The position numbers and the translations under genes were made by a program. 64,000 nt of DNA from a phage: the NCBI GenBank assembly GCA_012628545.1, contig GCA_012628545.1_3035.1. One strand, given 5' to 3'. The stretch's first letter is position 1. Each line of letters begins with the position of its first letter. Shown here in pieces: positions 32,845 to 42,021 of this stretch. Below the pieces are notes generated by a model. It did no database searches. It worked only from the letters and a program-made list of their open reading frames with translations, and was not told the origin of the DNA.

Positions 32845-35022
32845 TTAGGCCGCAAGGGCCTTCATAGTTTTAGCGATTTGGGAAACTTCATCATCACTTA
32901 AAGAGTTGCGATAACCGATGAAGTCGGAAACAATACGGAATTTCTTGGTAAACTCAGCAACCATTTTATCACTATTTTTTGAAGCATTACGTGATAATTC
33001 ATCAAAGAGATTAGTTACTGTCCAGATATCATGACCGATGGTATCTTTTCCACCATTGAAATACACACCGCGTAATGAACTAACCATATTACCAAGTCGT
33101 GTATATTCTTCAGAAACTTCATCTGTACTGAAGTACTTCATCATAAAATCTAGTTCAGGATACTTGATAATTTTATCAATATATCGTTGAGCTGAACTTG
33201 AATAACCTACATACTTATCATAATCTACATCATCAAAAGCATCTACATATAAATCACGCAAAGCTTCAAAAATACATTGGCACTGACCGAGTTCTTTTAC
33301 CTTTTTCTGTAAAAGCGGACGAATAACATAAAATTCATTAATGCCAATAAGATTAGCCATACGAATCAAAATATTCATAGATGGATGACAAAGTGATGTA
33401 GTACCATCCATAGAGAAAATATCAGAACGATGCATATACGCTACATAACCAGTAATTTCATCTGCTTCTGACGTAAGTGTAAATAATTCCTCTTTTTCCC
33501 AACGCCCGTCTTTAATTTCAAACTTAAATGCTGTAGCAGCTTTAGGACGAGGAGCTTTACTTTTAACTACCTTTGGAATATAGCTTTTAACTAAAGCTTC
33601 AATTTCTGACAAATAATGAATGTTAACTTCATCACTTTCAAACATTGCCATAATATCAGGTAGTAAATCAATCTGCGATTCTACTTCCGGATTAATAAAC
33701 AGAAGACGCTCATTGTGATGAATATTTAAAGTGTTATTAAATTCACTATCATCTAGCGCATGTGCTAATCCACGGACAATATTAACACGATTTTTAATAT
33801 TATCAATAACGATATTAATTTTTGTTGTATTAATACCAAACAGACGATAACTTGACGCAACGGCTGATGTTTCATGACTTTGCTTAATGCGTTTCAGTCG
33901 AGGGTCAAGATTTACTTCATACACAACTCCTGCATTGCATAACTTACTGTCAGGTTCAAACATGCTCTGCATCTTTTTATATGACAGATTTTTAGTCGTG
34001 AATTTGACTGAATTACTAATCATATAATCTCGAGCAGAATACCCCATCTTCATCAATTCACGATATGTGTGACGAGGAGATGTAGATTCTTTAAATCGTT
34101 TTACATCTTCATTAAATGCTTTCTCACTGAGTTCTTTAACTCGTTCAATAATATTTTTACGAGTACGATCATCCAGTGAAAGAGCCTCGCGAGATGGAGC
34201 AATATCCAGTGAACCCATTGGAAACTTAATGTAATTCACTTCATTGCGAATGCTTAGCCAGTTACGGTCTCTAATAACACCATCGATAGGATAAACAATA
34301 CCGCCATAGATAGCATATAATCCACCACGATCAGGCCAGTATCTTTCTGGATTTACACCATAATAATCATCAAAATCAGGAAAATAATCAATTTCGCGGT
34401 CAAGACCATTAATGATAGCCAAATCTTTGAACGGTCGCATGATATAAGAAACTTCATAAGCAAAGTTTCTAAAGTCTTTTTCTTCAACTGGAACTACGAT
34501 TTCAATACCAGTTTTATCATCTGGACCCATTTCTTTTACGAATGTAGGTTTAATCTGTGGGCCATCACCATCCATGTAAGCTACATAACCACGAATTTCA
34601 CCTTTATGATACGAAGTAATACTAAACGTATCAGTATAACTAAACGGAGATTTAGAACCTAAACCAAATCCGCCAATAAAGTCATTAGATTCAGCCTTAG
34701 ATGAACTGAAGTATGAATTATACAGCCCAGGAGAATTATCATCACCCTGAATATCAAAATCACTCATACCCGGACCAAAATCTCGACAAACAAATCGTGG
34801 ATCTAATCGTCCTGGAACTTGAATGATAAATTTTTCAGGATTTCCATTAAGTGCATGAGCATCAATCATGTTAGTAATCAATTCACGGACTACTGCGCGA
34901 ATCTTGTTTGTATACAAATCAGATGACAGAATTTTAAATACTTTAGGATTTGCTGCGATGCTAAATGCTTTTGATTTAGAACCATTGCCAAGAATTGTTT
35001 CTTTTTCAGTGGTGATAATCAT
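32845..35022 (-). CDS. rIIA: rIIA protein
   Basis: 725 aa; N-terminal GHKL-like ATPase-type motifs; same length as T4 rIIA. Confidence 0.9.
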   Translation of the reverse strand: MIITTEKETILGNGSKSKAFSIAANPKVFKILSSDLYTNKIRAVVRELITNMIDAHALNGNPEKFIIQVPGRLDPRFVCRDFGPGMSDFDIQGDDNSPGLYNSYFSSSKAESNDFIGGFGLGSKSPFSYTDTFSITSYHKGEIRGYVAYMDGDGPQIKPTFVKEMGPDDKTGIEIVVPVEEKDFRNFAYEVSYIMRPFKDLAIINGLDREIDYFPDFDDYYGVNPERYWPDRGGLYAIYGGIVYPIDGVIRDRNWLSIRNEVNYIKFPMGSLDIAPSREALSLDDRTRKNIIERVKELSEKAFNEDVKRFKESTSPRHTYRELMKMGYSARDYMISNSVKFTTKNLSYKKMQSMFEPDSKLCNAGVVYEVNLDPRLKRIKQSHETSAVASSYRLFGINTTKINIVIDNIKNRVNIVRGLAHALDDSEFNNTLNIHHNERLLFINPEVESQIDLLPDIMAMFESDEVNIHYLSEIEALVKSYIPKVVKSKAPRPKAATAFKFEIKDGRWEKEELFTLTSEADEITGYVAYMHRSDIFSMDGTTSLCHPSMNILIRMANLIGINEFYVIRPLLQKKVKELGQCQCIFEALRDLYVDAFDDVDYDKYVGYSSSAQRYIDKIIKYPELDFMMKYFSTDEVSEEYTRLGNMVSSLRGVYFNGGKDTIGHDIWTVTNLFDELSRNASKNSDKMVAEFTKKFRIVSDFIGYRNSLSDDEVSQIAKTMKALAA

Positions 35023-35032
35023 AATTTCCTCA

Positions 35033-35305
35033 TTAATTCATATTACGTTTAATAACTTCAGCAACTTCTAGTAGTTCATCTTTAGTTGCGGTGTCGGATT
35101 GAATTTTATCTCTAATATCTTTAAAGCGGTTTTTAAATTCTTCGGCTTCTCCCATATCGAAAAAGCGTTGAATGATTCTATATTCTCGATGAACTGCTTT
35201 ATCAAAAAGTTCTAAATTTACTCTATATGATTTCATTTCAATATCCTCATTTGCCCAATTAATTATACCACATCCTTGTGTAAAGTAAACTACTGGCTCA
35301 TCCAT
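35033..35305 (-). CDS. hypothetical protein, 90 aa (rIIA.1 position)
   Basis: ORF between 39 and rIIA; early promoter (35262..35290) upstream. Confidence 0.45.
   Translation of the reverse strand: MDEPVVYFTQGCGIINWANEDIEMKSYRVNLELFDKAVHREYRIIQRFFDMGEAEEFKNRFKDIRDKIQSDTATKDELLEVAEVIKRNMN
35262..35290 (-). promoter_or_regulatory. early promoter inside 3' end of gene 39
   Basis: GTTTAC-N17-TATAAT on minus strand, upstream of rIIA.1/rIIA. Confidence 0.5.
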
Positions 35306-37107
35306 TCTTTACGAAGGTCAGCATTATCTCCCATGAGCATTTCAAAAAGCTCTTTCCAATTCTCAGGAAGTTTAACAACATCATATACTGGATTTTGAAT
35401 CATCTCACGATATTCAGATTTTTCCAAAGAGCCAAGTCCCTTAATATAACGGATGCTATGTTTAGGTAGAGCATCTTTGGCACTCTCATATTCAGCGACT
35501 GTATAAAACCATTCTTGTTTTTTACCGACCTGAGCGATGATTACAGGAGTTTTGACAAAGCGAATTCGTCCTTGCTCAAACAATTCTGGCCAATTACTAA
35601 AAAATCCGAGCAGAGAAGGATAAATGCTTCCTAGACCATCATGGTCAGCATCAGTCATAATAGCAATATTGCGATAATTCAAGTTTTCAGCTTTTTCACC
35701 AAGAACTAGACCAGTGATTGCGCAAATATCAAATAGTTCTTTGTTTTTAAGCATATCGGCATATGACATACCCCAGCTATTAAGAACTTTACCGCGCAAT
35801 GGATAACCACCATGAAGTTCTTTATCGCGAACATCAATAAGATATCCGATAGCTGAATCACCCTCAGTCAAGAACAATGTAGTGTCAGCATCTTTACCGC
35901 AAAGATTCGCTTTAATATGTTTATGAACCTTAGCTTTAGAAGCCTTTTTAGCTGCTTTAGTTTCTGCTGCTTTTTCTGCCGCCAATTTACGAGCCAAAGC
36001 AGCTTCAATAATCGGCATCAGAATTGCTTCATTATTTAGAATAGCGCGTGAAATCTTTTTAGCGTCAAGTTGAATATGACTACGAATTTCGCCAAATGGA
36101 GAAGTCAAACGCTCTTTAGTTTGAGAATCAAATCGCATGTTTTTCATATCACGAACAAACATAACGATAGTCAAACATTCTTTGACACGTGCTTTAGTTA
36201 CATCAATTTTGAACTTACGTTTGATTTGTGGAATAAGGTCTTCACAAATATCATCCATAACACAGTCAATGTGATGGCCACCATTCTTAGTGTGAATGTT
36301 ATTCACGTAAGTTAATTGACGAAATCCATCCGGCGAACGACCAACCGCAATAGAACAATTTTCTTGTTCTTGAACAATAGCATGTTCATCATACTGTCGT
36401 GCATATTTCTTAAAATTACCCTGAACCTTTTTACCATTAAAGGTAAATTGAATATCAGGATAAACAACAGCAAGTGTCTGGAGACGATCTAGTGTAATGT
36501 CAAGATAAACTTGGGACAGCTCATTAGTTTCAAATGACATAAAATCAGGAATGAAAGTAACACGGGTTCCTTTCCATTTTCCAGGAATATCTTCCCATGA
36601 TTTATTTTCCATGCCGTTTGAACAACGAACTACAATATTATTTTGACCATCGCCAGTTTCACCAACAAACATCACAGAAAAAATGTTTGTCAAACTAGAA
36701 CCAACGCCATTCATACCACCGGTGACACGTTCTTTATCATCACCGAAGTTACCACCTGCTTTTGGAATAGTCCACGCAGCAACAGGACCAGGAATTTCTT
36801 CACCGGTAGGTGTTTTAACCATCGCCTGTGGAATACCACGACCGTTATCTTCAACTGTTACTTGATTATTTTTAATAGTAACATTAATTTTATTTGCGAA
36901 TTTAAACTTAGTACGAATACCTTCATCTACTGAGTTATCGATAATTTCATCAATAAGCTTAACAAGACCAGGTACATACTGAACACTTTCCCATTTACCA
37001 AACAGAAATCGCTCATGCATTTCATTAGCTGAAGAGCCAATGTACATGCCGCTACGCTTTTTGATATGTTCAATATCGCTCAGAATTTTAATTTCATTCT
37101 TAATCAT
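35290..37107 (-). CDS. 39: DNA topoisomerase II large subunit (GyrB-like ATPase + TOPRIM), uninterrupted
   Basis: 605/606 aa; GHKL ATPase motifs (DNGRGIP, GGMNGVGSS) and TOPRIM region (IAIMTDADHDGLGSIYP) in one frame; no coding gap at the DHDG/LGS junction. Confidence 0.9.
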   Translation of the reverse strand: MIKNEIKILSDIEHIKKRSGMYIGSSANEMHERFLFGKWESVQYVPGLVKLIDEIIDNSVDEGIRTKFKFANKINVTIKNNQVTVEDNGRGIPQAMVKTPTGEEIPGPVAAWTIPKAGGNFGDDKERVTGGMNGVGSSLTNIFSVMFVGETGDGQNNIVVRCSNGMENKSWEDIPGKWKGTRVTFIPDFMSFETNELSQVYLDITLDRLQTLAVVYPDIQFTFNGKKVQGNFKKYARQYDEHAIVQEQENCSIAVGRSPDGFRQLTYVNNIHTKNGGHHIDCVMDDICEDLIPQIKRKFKIDVTKARVKECLTIVMFVRDMKNMRFDSQTKERLTSPFGEIRSHIQLDAKKISRAILNNEAILMPIIEAALARKLAAEKAAETKAAKKASKAKVHKHIKANLCGKDADTTLFLTEGDSAIGYLIDVRDKELHGGYPLRGKVLNSWGMSYADMLKNKELFDICAITGLVLGEKAENLNYRNIAIMTDADHDGLGSIYPSLLGFFSNWPELFEQGRIRFVKTPVIIAQVGKKQEWFYTVAEYESAKDALPKHSIRYIKGLGSLEKSEYREMIQNPVYDVVKLPENWKELFEMLMGDNADLRKEWMSQ

Positions 37108-37176
37108 CACTTATCCTCGTTTGGTTTCGGGAATATTATACTCCGGTAATCATAAAGCTAAAGGCCCGAAGGCCTT

Positions 37177-37446
37177 TTATTTAAAACGAATAGTTGAATC
37201 CTTAAAGAACAGCCCAGAACATACTGTTCCTTCTACTTTCTGCCCGGTAGGTCCAATAGCACGAAATCCAGTATGTTGGAAATCATTTTCAGAACAACCG
37301 AACCAGTTATATCCAGTGATTTCAATATTAGTAAAACCGCTTGAAGATAAAACTTTGGTTGCATTATCAGCATCAGTACATCCTACTAAAGACACTGTTA
37401 ATACTAATGCTGCAATAGAACGATTAATATATTTCATAATTTTCAC
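37177..37446 (-). CDS. predicted lipoprotein, 89 aa
   Basis: Signal peptide with lipobox LVGC (MKYINRSIAALVLTVSLVGCTD). Confidence 0.45.
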   Translation of the reverse strand: MKIMKYINRSIAALVLTVSLVGCTDADNATKVLSSSGFTNIEITGYNWFGCSENDFQHTGFRAIGPTGQKVEGTVCSGLFFKDSTIRFK

Positions 37447-37814
37447 TTAAATTTAATGGCTTGAAGAAGACTAATAATTCTCAAGCGACTTCTTTCATCT
37501 TTAACTGTAAAAGAAAGAGGGTCACCAGATTTCATAGTAATAGTACATTCAAAATCAAAATCTTCGGAAACTTCTTTGAAGAAGTCAAATTCTTCATCAT
37601 AAATTAGAACATTACTCTGACAACTATGAAGAATTTTTCCATCATTTCCAGATGCTGTACTAATCATTGTAACATTATGACCTTTCATACCTTCAATGAT
37701 AAATTCACTAGTCAATATTACAGCATTAATAGAACTATTCCTATTACTAGCAGAAAGTAGATATTTCTGTTCTTCACCTTCACGAATGCAATATTTCTTA
37801 CCGATTTTAAACAT
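37443..37814 (-). CDS. hypothetical protein, 123 aa
   Basis: ORF in 39-downstream cluster. Confidence 0.4.
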   Translation of the reverse strand: MFKIGKKYCIREGEEQKYLLSASNRNSSINAVILTSEFIIEGMKGHNVTMISTASGNDGKILHSCQSNVLIYDEEFDFFKEVSEDFDFECTITMKSGDPLSFTVKDERSRLRIISLLQAIKFK

Positions 37815-37816
37815 AA

Positions 37817-37993
37817 TTATCCTTTAAGTAAGTCGTAAAATCCGCCATTCACATGCTTAGGAGCAGAAGGCCGACGAGTAGACAAACGATGACATTTAGG
37901 GCAAACATCATTTTCTCGTTCAGAAATCTTTTTAATTTTTTCATATTCATGCCCGCAATCTTCGGATTGGCATTTATAATCATACATTGGCAT
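37817..37993 (-). CDS. small zinc-ribbon protein, 58 aa
   Basis: Hand-translated MPMYDYKCQSEDCGHEYEKIKKISERENDVCPKCHRLSTRRPS...; CxxCGH...CPKC pattern. Confidence 0.45.
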   Translation of the reverse strand: MPMYDYKCQSEDCGHEYEKIKKISERENDVCPKCHRLSTRRPSAPKHVNGGFYDLLKG

Positions 37994-37995
37994 AA

Positions 37996-38421
37996 TTATT
38001 CCTTAAAGTGTGCTTTCAGCATTTGATACAAGGACCATGCCTGTTCATTATTTTCAATAGTAACTTTCATGACAGGAAATTCTGTGAAATCTTCTATTTG
38101 TTCTTGCTCTTTCTCTTCCTGCTCTTGCTCTTCAGCTGCCTGATATGGATTTTCCACTTCATCAAAGAACCCAGCTTCGTTAGTAGAAAGCCAAATAAAG
38201 TTTTCGTCAAGGATATCACCATGTGTTGCATATCCAACTGTGCCAGTAGATGTCACAATTTTAGTAGGACGACCAAGATGGTCAACATCTAAAATTTTAA
38301 AAGGATGCATACCTAAACGGCGTGCATAGATTCCGTTATCAGTATGATCTTTAATAAAATTTTCTTGAGCTTGTTTATTTTTAAATTGATACCATTTATT
38401 AACTTCAAATCTAATAGCCAT
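37996..38421 (-). CDS. hypothetical protein, 141 aa (goF-sized, position-based)
   Basis: Acidic Glu/Gln-rich linker ([12 protein letters not shown]); size equals remembered T4 goF but sequence not verified. Confidence 0.4.
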   Translation of the reverse strand: MAIRFEVNKWYQFKNKQAQENFIKDHTDNGIYARRLGMHPFKILDVDHLGRPTKIVTSTGTVGYATHGDILDENFIWLSTNEAGFFDEVENPYQAAEEQEQEEKEQEQIEDFTEFPVMKVTIENNEQAWSLYQMLKAHFKE

Positions 38422-38636
38422 TAATAAATTTCCTTCCAGTAAGTTGTGCCATCTTCAGTAATTTCACGAAATACACCGTAAATTGGTTGTTTATCACCAA
38501 CCTTTTCATACACATAAACCGAAGTCAAGTGAGTAAACTTAACGGTATGTTCCTTTTGAACCACTACCAAATCTGGATCAAATAATACATCTTCAAATTC
38601 GTCATTAGTGCAATTCTGAACAATTTTGCGTTTCAT
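38421..38636 (-). CDS. hypothetical protein, 71 aa (cef-sized, position-based)
   Basis: ORF overlapping start/stop with neighbour. Confidence 0.35.
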   Translation of the reverse strand: MKRKIVQNCTNDEFEDVLFDPDLVVVQKEHTVKFTHLTSVYVYEKVGDKQPIYGVFREITEDGTTYWKEIY

Positions 38637-38649
38637 TACAATTTCCTCA

Positions 38650-38931
38650 TTAATTGAACAGTGGAGCGATACGTTTCAGAAGAGTAGCAGCACCTTTAGC
38701 GAATTTTACATCATGAAAAACAGTTTCTTCTTCTGTAACAACACGAGCTTTAATGTTTTCACAATCCCAATTTTTGCGAACAATCTTCAAAAGCTGCAGT
38801 AAATCTTTACATTCAGCAATATCGATAACACATCCACGAGAATCTTCCATTATCGCACGATAACCGTAAGCCATACCATAATCATTGAAAGATTGCTCGA
38901 TGATAATTAAGTTTTCCATTTTATTCTCCAA
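38650..38931 (-). CDS. hypothetical protein, about 90 aa
   Basis: ORF downstream of a degenerate early promoter cassette. Confidence 0.4.
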   Translation of the reverse strand: MENKMENLIIIEQSFNDYGMAYGYRAIMEDSRGCVIDIAECKDLLQLLKIVRKNWDCENIKARVVTEEETVFHDVKFAKGAATLLKRIAPLFN

Positions 38932-39015
38932 GTTGTTTTCTGTATCAGTAGTTGATATTGATATAGTACCATAATCAACTACTGATGTATATAGTTTTAT
39001 GAAAAAATTTAAACT

Positions 39016-39507
39016 TTATGCATAGCGAGCTTTGCTGTAGTGTTTAATCCAACTTTCAGGAATGACTTTGTATGTTCCTAAAAATACCGCGTTGTACAGC
39101 TTAACACCGTCTTCTACCCATTGATCAGTAATGTATGCACACATAGCGCGAGTACGGTTAACAACACCTTCCTCACCTTCAGTAAATTCAAACTCATAAG
39201 GAGCAACGAACTTGATAGCTTGACCGAGTTTCCACTTAAAGTCTACACCTACATGCGAAGTATCAATCGTTTCAATTCCTTTAGCGGGAACAGCTTTCAA
39301 AAACGCAGGCTCAAGAAATTTCCATCGAACATAACCAAACTGAGGTTTAGACATTCCATCTTTAGGAATGATACGCACTTTTACTTCAGAATCTTCATCT
39401 TTAACACCATGTTTAAGCTGAATGCTTACGACTTCAACCAATTTTCCTGCTGCCTTAGAACGGGATTTATCAGATACACGAGCAATTTCACCGATATTAA
39501 TATTCAT
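39016..39507 (-). CDS. hypothetical basic protein, 163 aa (MotB-sized); shares C-terminal domain with 39581..40018
   Basis: Lys-rich N-terminus; C-terminal ITDQWVEDGVKLYNAVFLGTYKVIPESW resembles the neighbour's VTDQWIEDGVELLNVVHAGEYSVVPRSA. Confidence 0.45.
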   Translation of the reverse strand: MNINIGEIARVSDKSRSKAAGKLVEVVSIQLKHGVKDEDSEVKVRIIPKDGMSKPQFGYVRWKFLEPAFLKAVPAKGIETIDTSHVGVDFKWKLGQAIKFVAPYEFEFTEGEEGVVNRTRAMCAYITDQWVEDGVKLYNAVFLGTYKVIPESWIKHYSKARYA

Positions 39508-39551
39508 AATTATCTCTCACTTGTTAAAAAGATTTTATACTCCACAGGACC

Positions 39552-39581
39552 ATTATACTCTGGTCCCAAGAGTTTGTAAAC
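39552..39581 (-). promoter_or_regulatory. early promoter
   Basis: GTTTAC-N18-TATAAT on minus strand. Confidence 0.55.
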
Positions 39582-40018
39582 TAGCTTACACGAACATTAA
39601 TCACTGCGCTACGAGGAACTACAGAGTATTCTCCAGCATGAACTACGTTCAGAAGTTCAACACCATCTTCAATCCACTGATCAGTCACCCATCCACCCAC
39701 AGGATTCGCGAATGGACGACGAATATAAACTGCCTTACACAGCAGATCAGTTGGATCTTCAGGTTTTTCAATTTCTGTCAATAGACTAAAATCTTTTTCA
39801 TAAATAATAAGCGGTGATACCATTCCATAATAGTTTCTAATTTCAATATACATCATACCGATAAGAATTCCGCTATTAACACTAATAACAGTAAAAGGAT
39901 ATCCGCCAGTTAAACCAAGAAGTTCACAAAACTTATTATGAGCTGTATTAGACAGTACCGAAAAATTCTTAATTTCATCAAATTTTTTCAATTGATAAAC
40001 AGCATTATTTTTAATCAT
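39581..40018 (-). CDS. hypothetical protein, 145 aa; paralogous C-terminal domain
   Basis: See 39016..39507; own promoter (39552..39581) upstream. Confidence 0.45.
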   Translation of the reverse strand: MIKNNAVYQLKKFDEIKNFSVLSNTAHNKFCELLGLTGGYPFTVISVNSGILIGMMYIEIRNYYGMVSPLIIYEKDFSLLTEIEKPEDPTDLLCKAVYIRRPFANPVGGWVTDQWIEDGVELLNVVHAGEYSVVPRSAVINVRVS

Positions 40019-40028
40019 AATTTTCTCT

Positions 40029-40541
40029 TTAATCTAAGGTAATAAAGCCTTTTAATTCGGCATGGGATTTACGGAACATTACTTGGTGCCCGCCAATGAT
40101 AACTTGGTCATCTGGCACTTCATAAATCGCAATGTACATTCCACGTTCTTTTAAGTCTTCACGCTCTTCTCGAGTGAACCATCTCATCATATCATATTCA
40201 CTAGCGAAAGCAAAATGATATAATGCAATAAACCACAATGGAATATAATTTTCAATTCGTGAATAATCTTTATTCCATTTAGTTTTAATAACATCATTAG
40301 CATTTTCAACTAATAACTTATCATCGTGTGGAATAGGAATACTTTCATGGCTTTCATAATTATCGCTATGATGATGAAATGACGATGAATTAATACCACA
40401 AAATTTTAGCCAAGTTCGAGTTTTCATAGAATCAAATCCACGATAAGGAGTTGATTGAACGCATAACTCTTGCCTAATTTTGACTATACCACTATCATCA
40501 TTTAATGCGCTAAACGATGATTCAACACGATAAATTTTCAT
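40029..40541 (-). CDS. hypothetical protein, about 170 aa
   Basis: Track ORF extends into the promoter; start placed at MKIYRVESSF with GAGGA RBS. Confidence 0.4.
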   Translation of the reverse strand: MKIYRVESSFSALNDDSGIVKIRQELCVQSTPYRGFDSMKTRTWLKFCGINSSSFHHHSDNYESHESIPIPHDDKLLVENANDVIKTKWNKDYSRIENYIPLWFIALYHFAFASEYDMMRWFTREEREDLKERGMYIAIYEVPDDQVIIGGHQVMFRKSHAELKGFITLD

Positions 40542-40568
40542 TTTATTATCCTCAGTAGCTATGGTGTT

Positions 40569-40598
40569 ATAATACCACAACTAACCGAGGAAGTAAAC
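40569..40598 (-). promoter_or_regulatory. early promoter
   Basis: GTTTAC-N18-TATTAT on minus strand. Confidence 0.5.
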
Positions 40599-40604
40599 AA
40601 CTTT

Positions 40605-41288
40605 TTATCGTTTTGTTGGAAGAGACAGAGGATCGCACTCTTCCTCTGACGGAGCATCTTCAAGACCCATAGCGTATCGCAAAGCATACTTCATCATCAG
40701 GATGTCTTTCGCACAGTCATGAATAGAATCATGTGCAACGAATCCATCTAAAGTTCCCTTTGGAAGAGGACATGTGGTCATATCACGAACAAGTAGAAGT
40801 GCTTCAATTCTGGTACGAATATCACGCTGATTCCAGAATTTACACGGTTCTAACTTAAATGTGTCAAGCTCATTCTCAGATACACCATTAAGGCGTTGAA
40901 TATCACGAATGAGATCGACTAAAATTGGAAAATCAAACGACATTCCACGGCACCAGCCTTGAGATTTCCAAGGATCGATATTATGCGCATTGATGTAATC
41001 ATTAAATTTTACAATACCATCGATAGTGCTTACATCTTCATCTGATGGTGCAATATTTTTTCGAGCTTCAGGGGATTGATTCTTCCACCATTCGATAGTG
41101 CTTTTAGTAAAAAGACGATGTCCTTTTTGGCTTTTTAAATCAAATTTGATTTTAATGCCACGTGAAACTAATTCATCAAATGTTTCAACGACTTCTGGAT
41201 TAGGGTCAAAAGCAATTACAGCCAAATCAATAACAGCTGCTTTTTCACCACTTCCCATTGTTTCAAAATCTATAATAAAATCAAACAT
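40605..41288 (-). CDS. dexA: exonuclease A (DnaQ-like 3'-5' exonuclease)
   Basis: 227 aa; N-terminal MFDFIIDFETMG exonuclease motif I; length equals T4 DexA. Confidence 0.85.
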   Translation of the reverse strand: MFDFIIDFETMGSGEKAAVIDLAVIAFDPNPEVVETFDELVSRGIKIKFDLKSQKGHRLFTKSTIEWWKNQSPEARKNIAPSDEDVSTIDGIVKFNDYINAHNIDPWKSQGWCRGMSFDFPILVDLIRDIQRLNGVSENELDTFKLEPCKFWNQRDIRTRIEALLLVRDMTTCPLPKGTLDGFVAHDSIHDCAKDILMMKYALRYAMGLEDAPSEEECDPLSLPTKR

Positions 41289-41545
41289 TAAACTTTCCTC
41301 GCTAAATCGCGAATTTGGCCTACAGTATAGTCTTGAATATAAACTTTATTAATAGGCTCATCAATAAATTTTGCCATAGATTCAATGTCTTTTTGTATCT
41401 CTTCAAGACTGTATACTATCTTTGAAGCTTTTTCGCGAATAGTAACATTATCAGGTCCTGGATTTTCTTGAATGACAGCTTTAACATTTGTCATAAGAGA
41501 TTTAAACTGGTACCAACTTAATTCAATCATTAATAATCGCCTCAT
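41288..41545 (-). CDS. hypothetical protein, 85 aa (tandem paralogue A)
   Basis: Similar architecture to the next ORF (M-R-[RK]-L..., conserved LEEI[EQ][RK]D and DY[TV][LV]G[QE]I motifs). Confidence 0.4.
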   Translation of the reverse strand: MRRLLMIELSWYQFKSLMTNVKAVIQENPGPDNVTIREKASKIVYSLEEIQKDIESMAKFIDEPINKVYIQDYTVGQIRDLARKV

Positions 41546-41783
41546 AAAGATAGCTAATTTCGCCTAAAACGTAATCATTGATTGTAACAGTTTTCACTTC
41601 ACCACAAAAGAATTCTAACGCAATTAAATCTCGTTCAATTTCTTCTAATTGAAGCATCAACTTACTAGATTCAATTTTTACAGTTTCACGATTTTTACCA
41701 TGAGCAATTTCATAAATTTCGCTAACTTTATCCTGAAGAAGATAAAACTGATCTTTAGTTATTTCCACGAATAGCTTCCTCAA
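41523..41783 (-). CDS. hypothetical protein, 86 aa (tandem paralogue B)
   Basis: See 41288..41545. Confidence 0.4.
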   Translation of the reverse strand: MRKLFVEITKDQFYLLQDKVSEIYEIAHGKNRETVKIESSKLMLQLEEIERDLIALEFFCGEVKTVTINDYVLGEISYLYEAIIND

Positions 41784-42015
41784 ATTTAATTAGTAATTTA
41801 CAGACACTTTCATCTAGTGTAATTACCGTATCTGTATTACTGTGATATGATTGTTTTTCAATTCGTTTAATTGCTAATATAGTATCACTTATAAGATAAA
41901 GCTTATGAAGGAGCTCAGCTCCTGTTACCATAACATTAAGATTATCTTGCTTATTAGTATGCTTCCTTATACCATCTATTAGACGATTTAAATATTTTGA
42001 ATTGATGTTAATCAT
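41755..42015 (-). CDS. hypothetical protein, 86 aa
   Basis: ORF directly downstream of dda. Confidence 0.4.
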   Translation of the reverse strand: MININSKYLNRLIDGIRKHTNKQDNLNVMVTGAELLHKLYLISDTILAIKRIEKQSYHSNTDTVITLDESVCKLLIKFEEAIRGNN

Positions 42016-42021
42016 ATAACC

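Noticed and set aside
36070-37450. Plus-strand ORFs within gene 39 (36070..36315, 36643..36933, 36683..36865, 37040..37450)
   Set aside because: Antisense to the topoisomerase gene and the adjacent lipoprotein gene; no translation signals.
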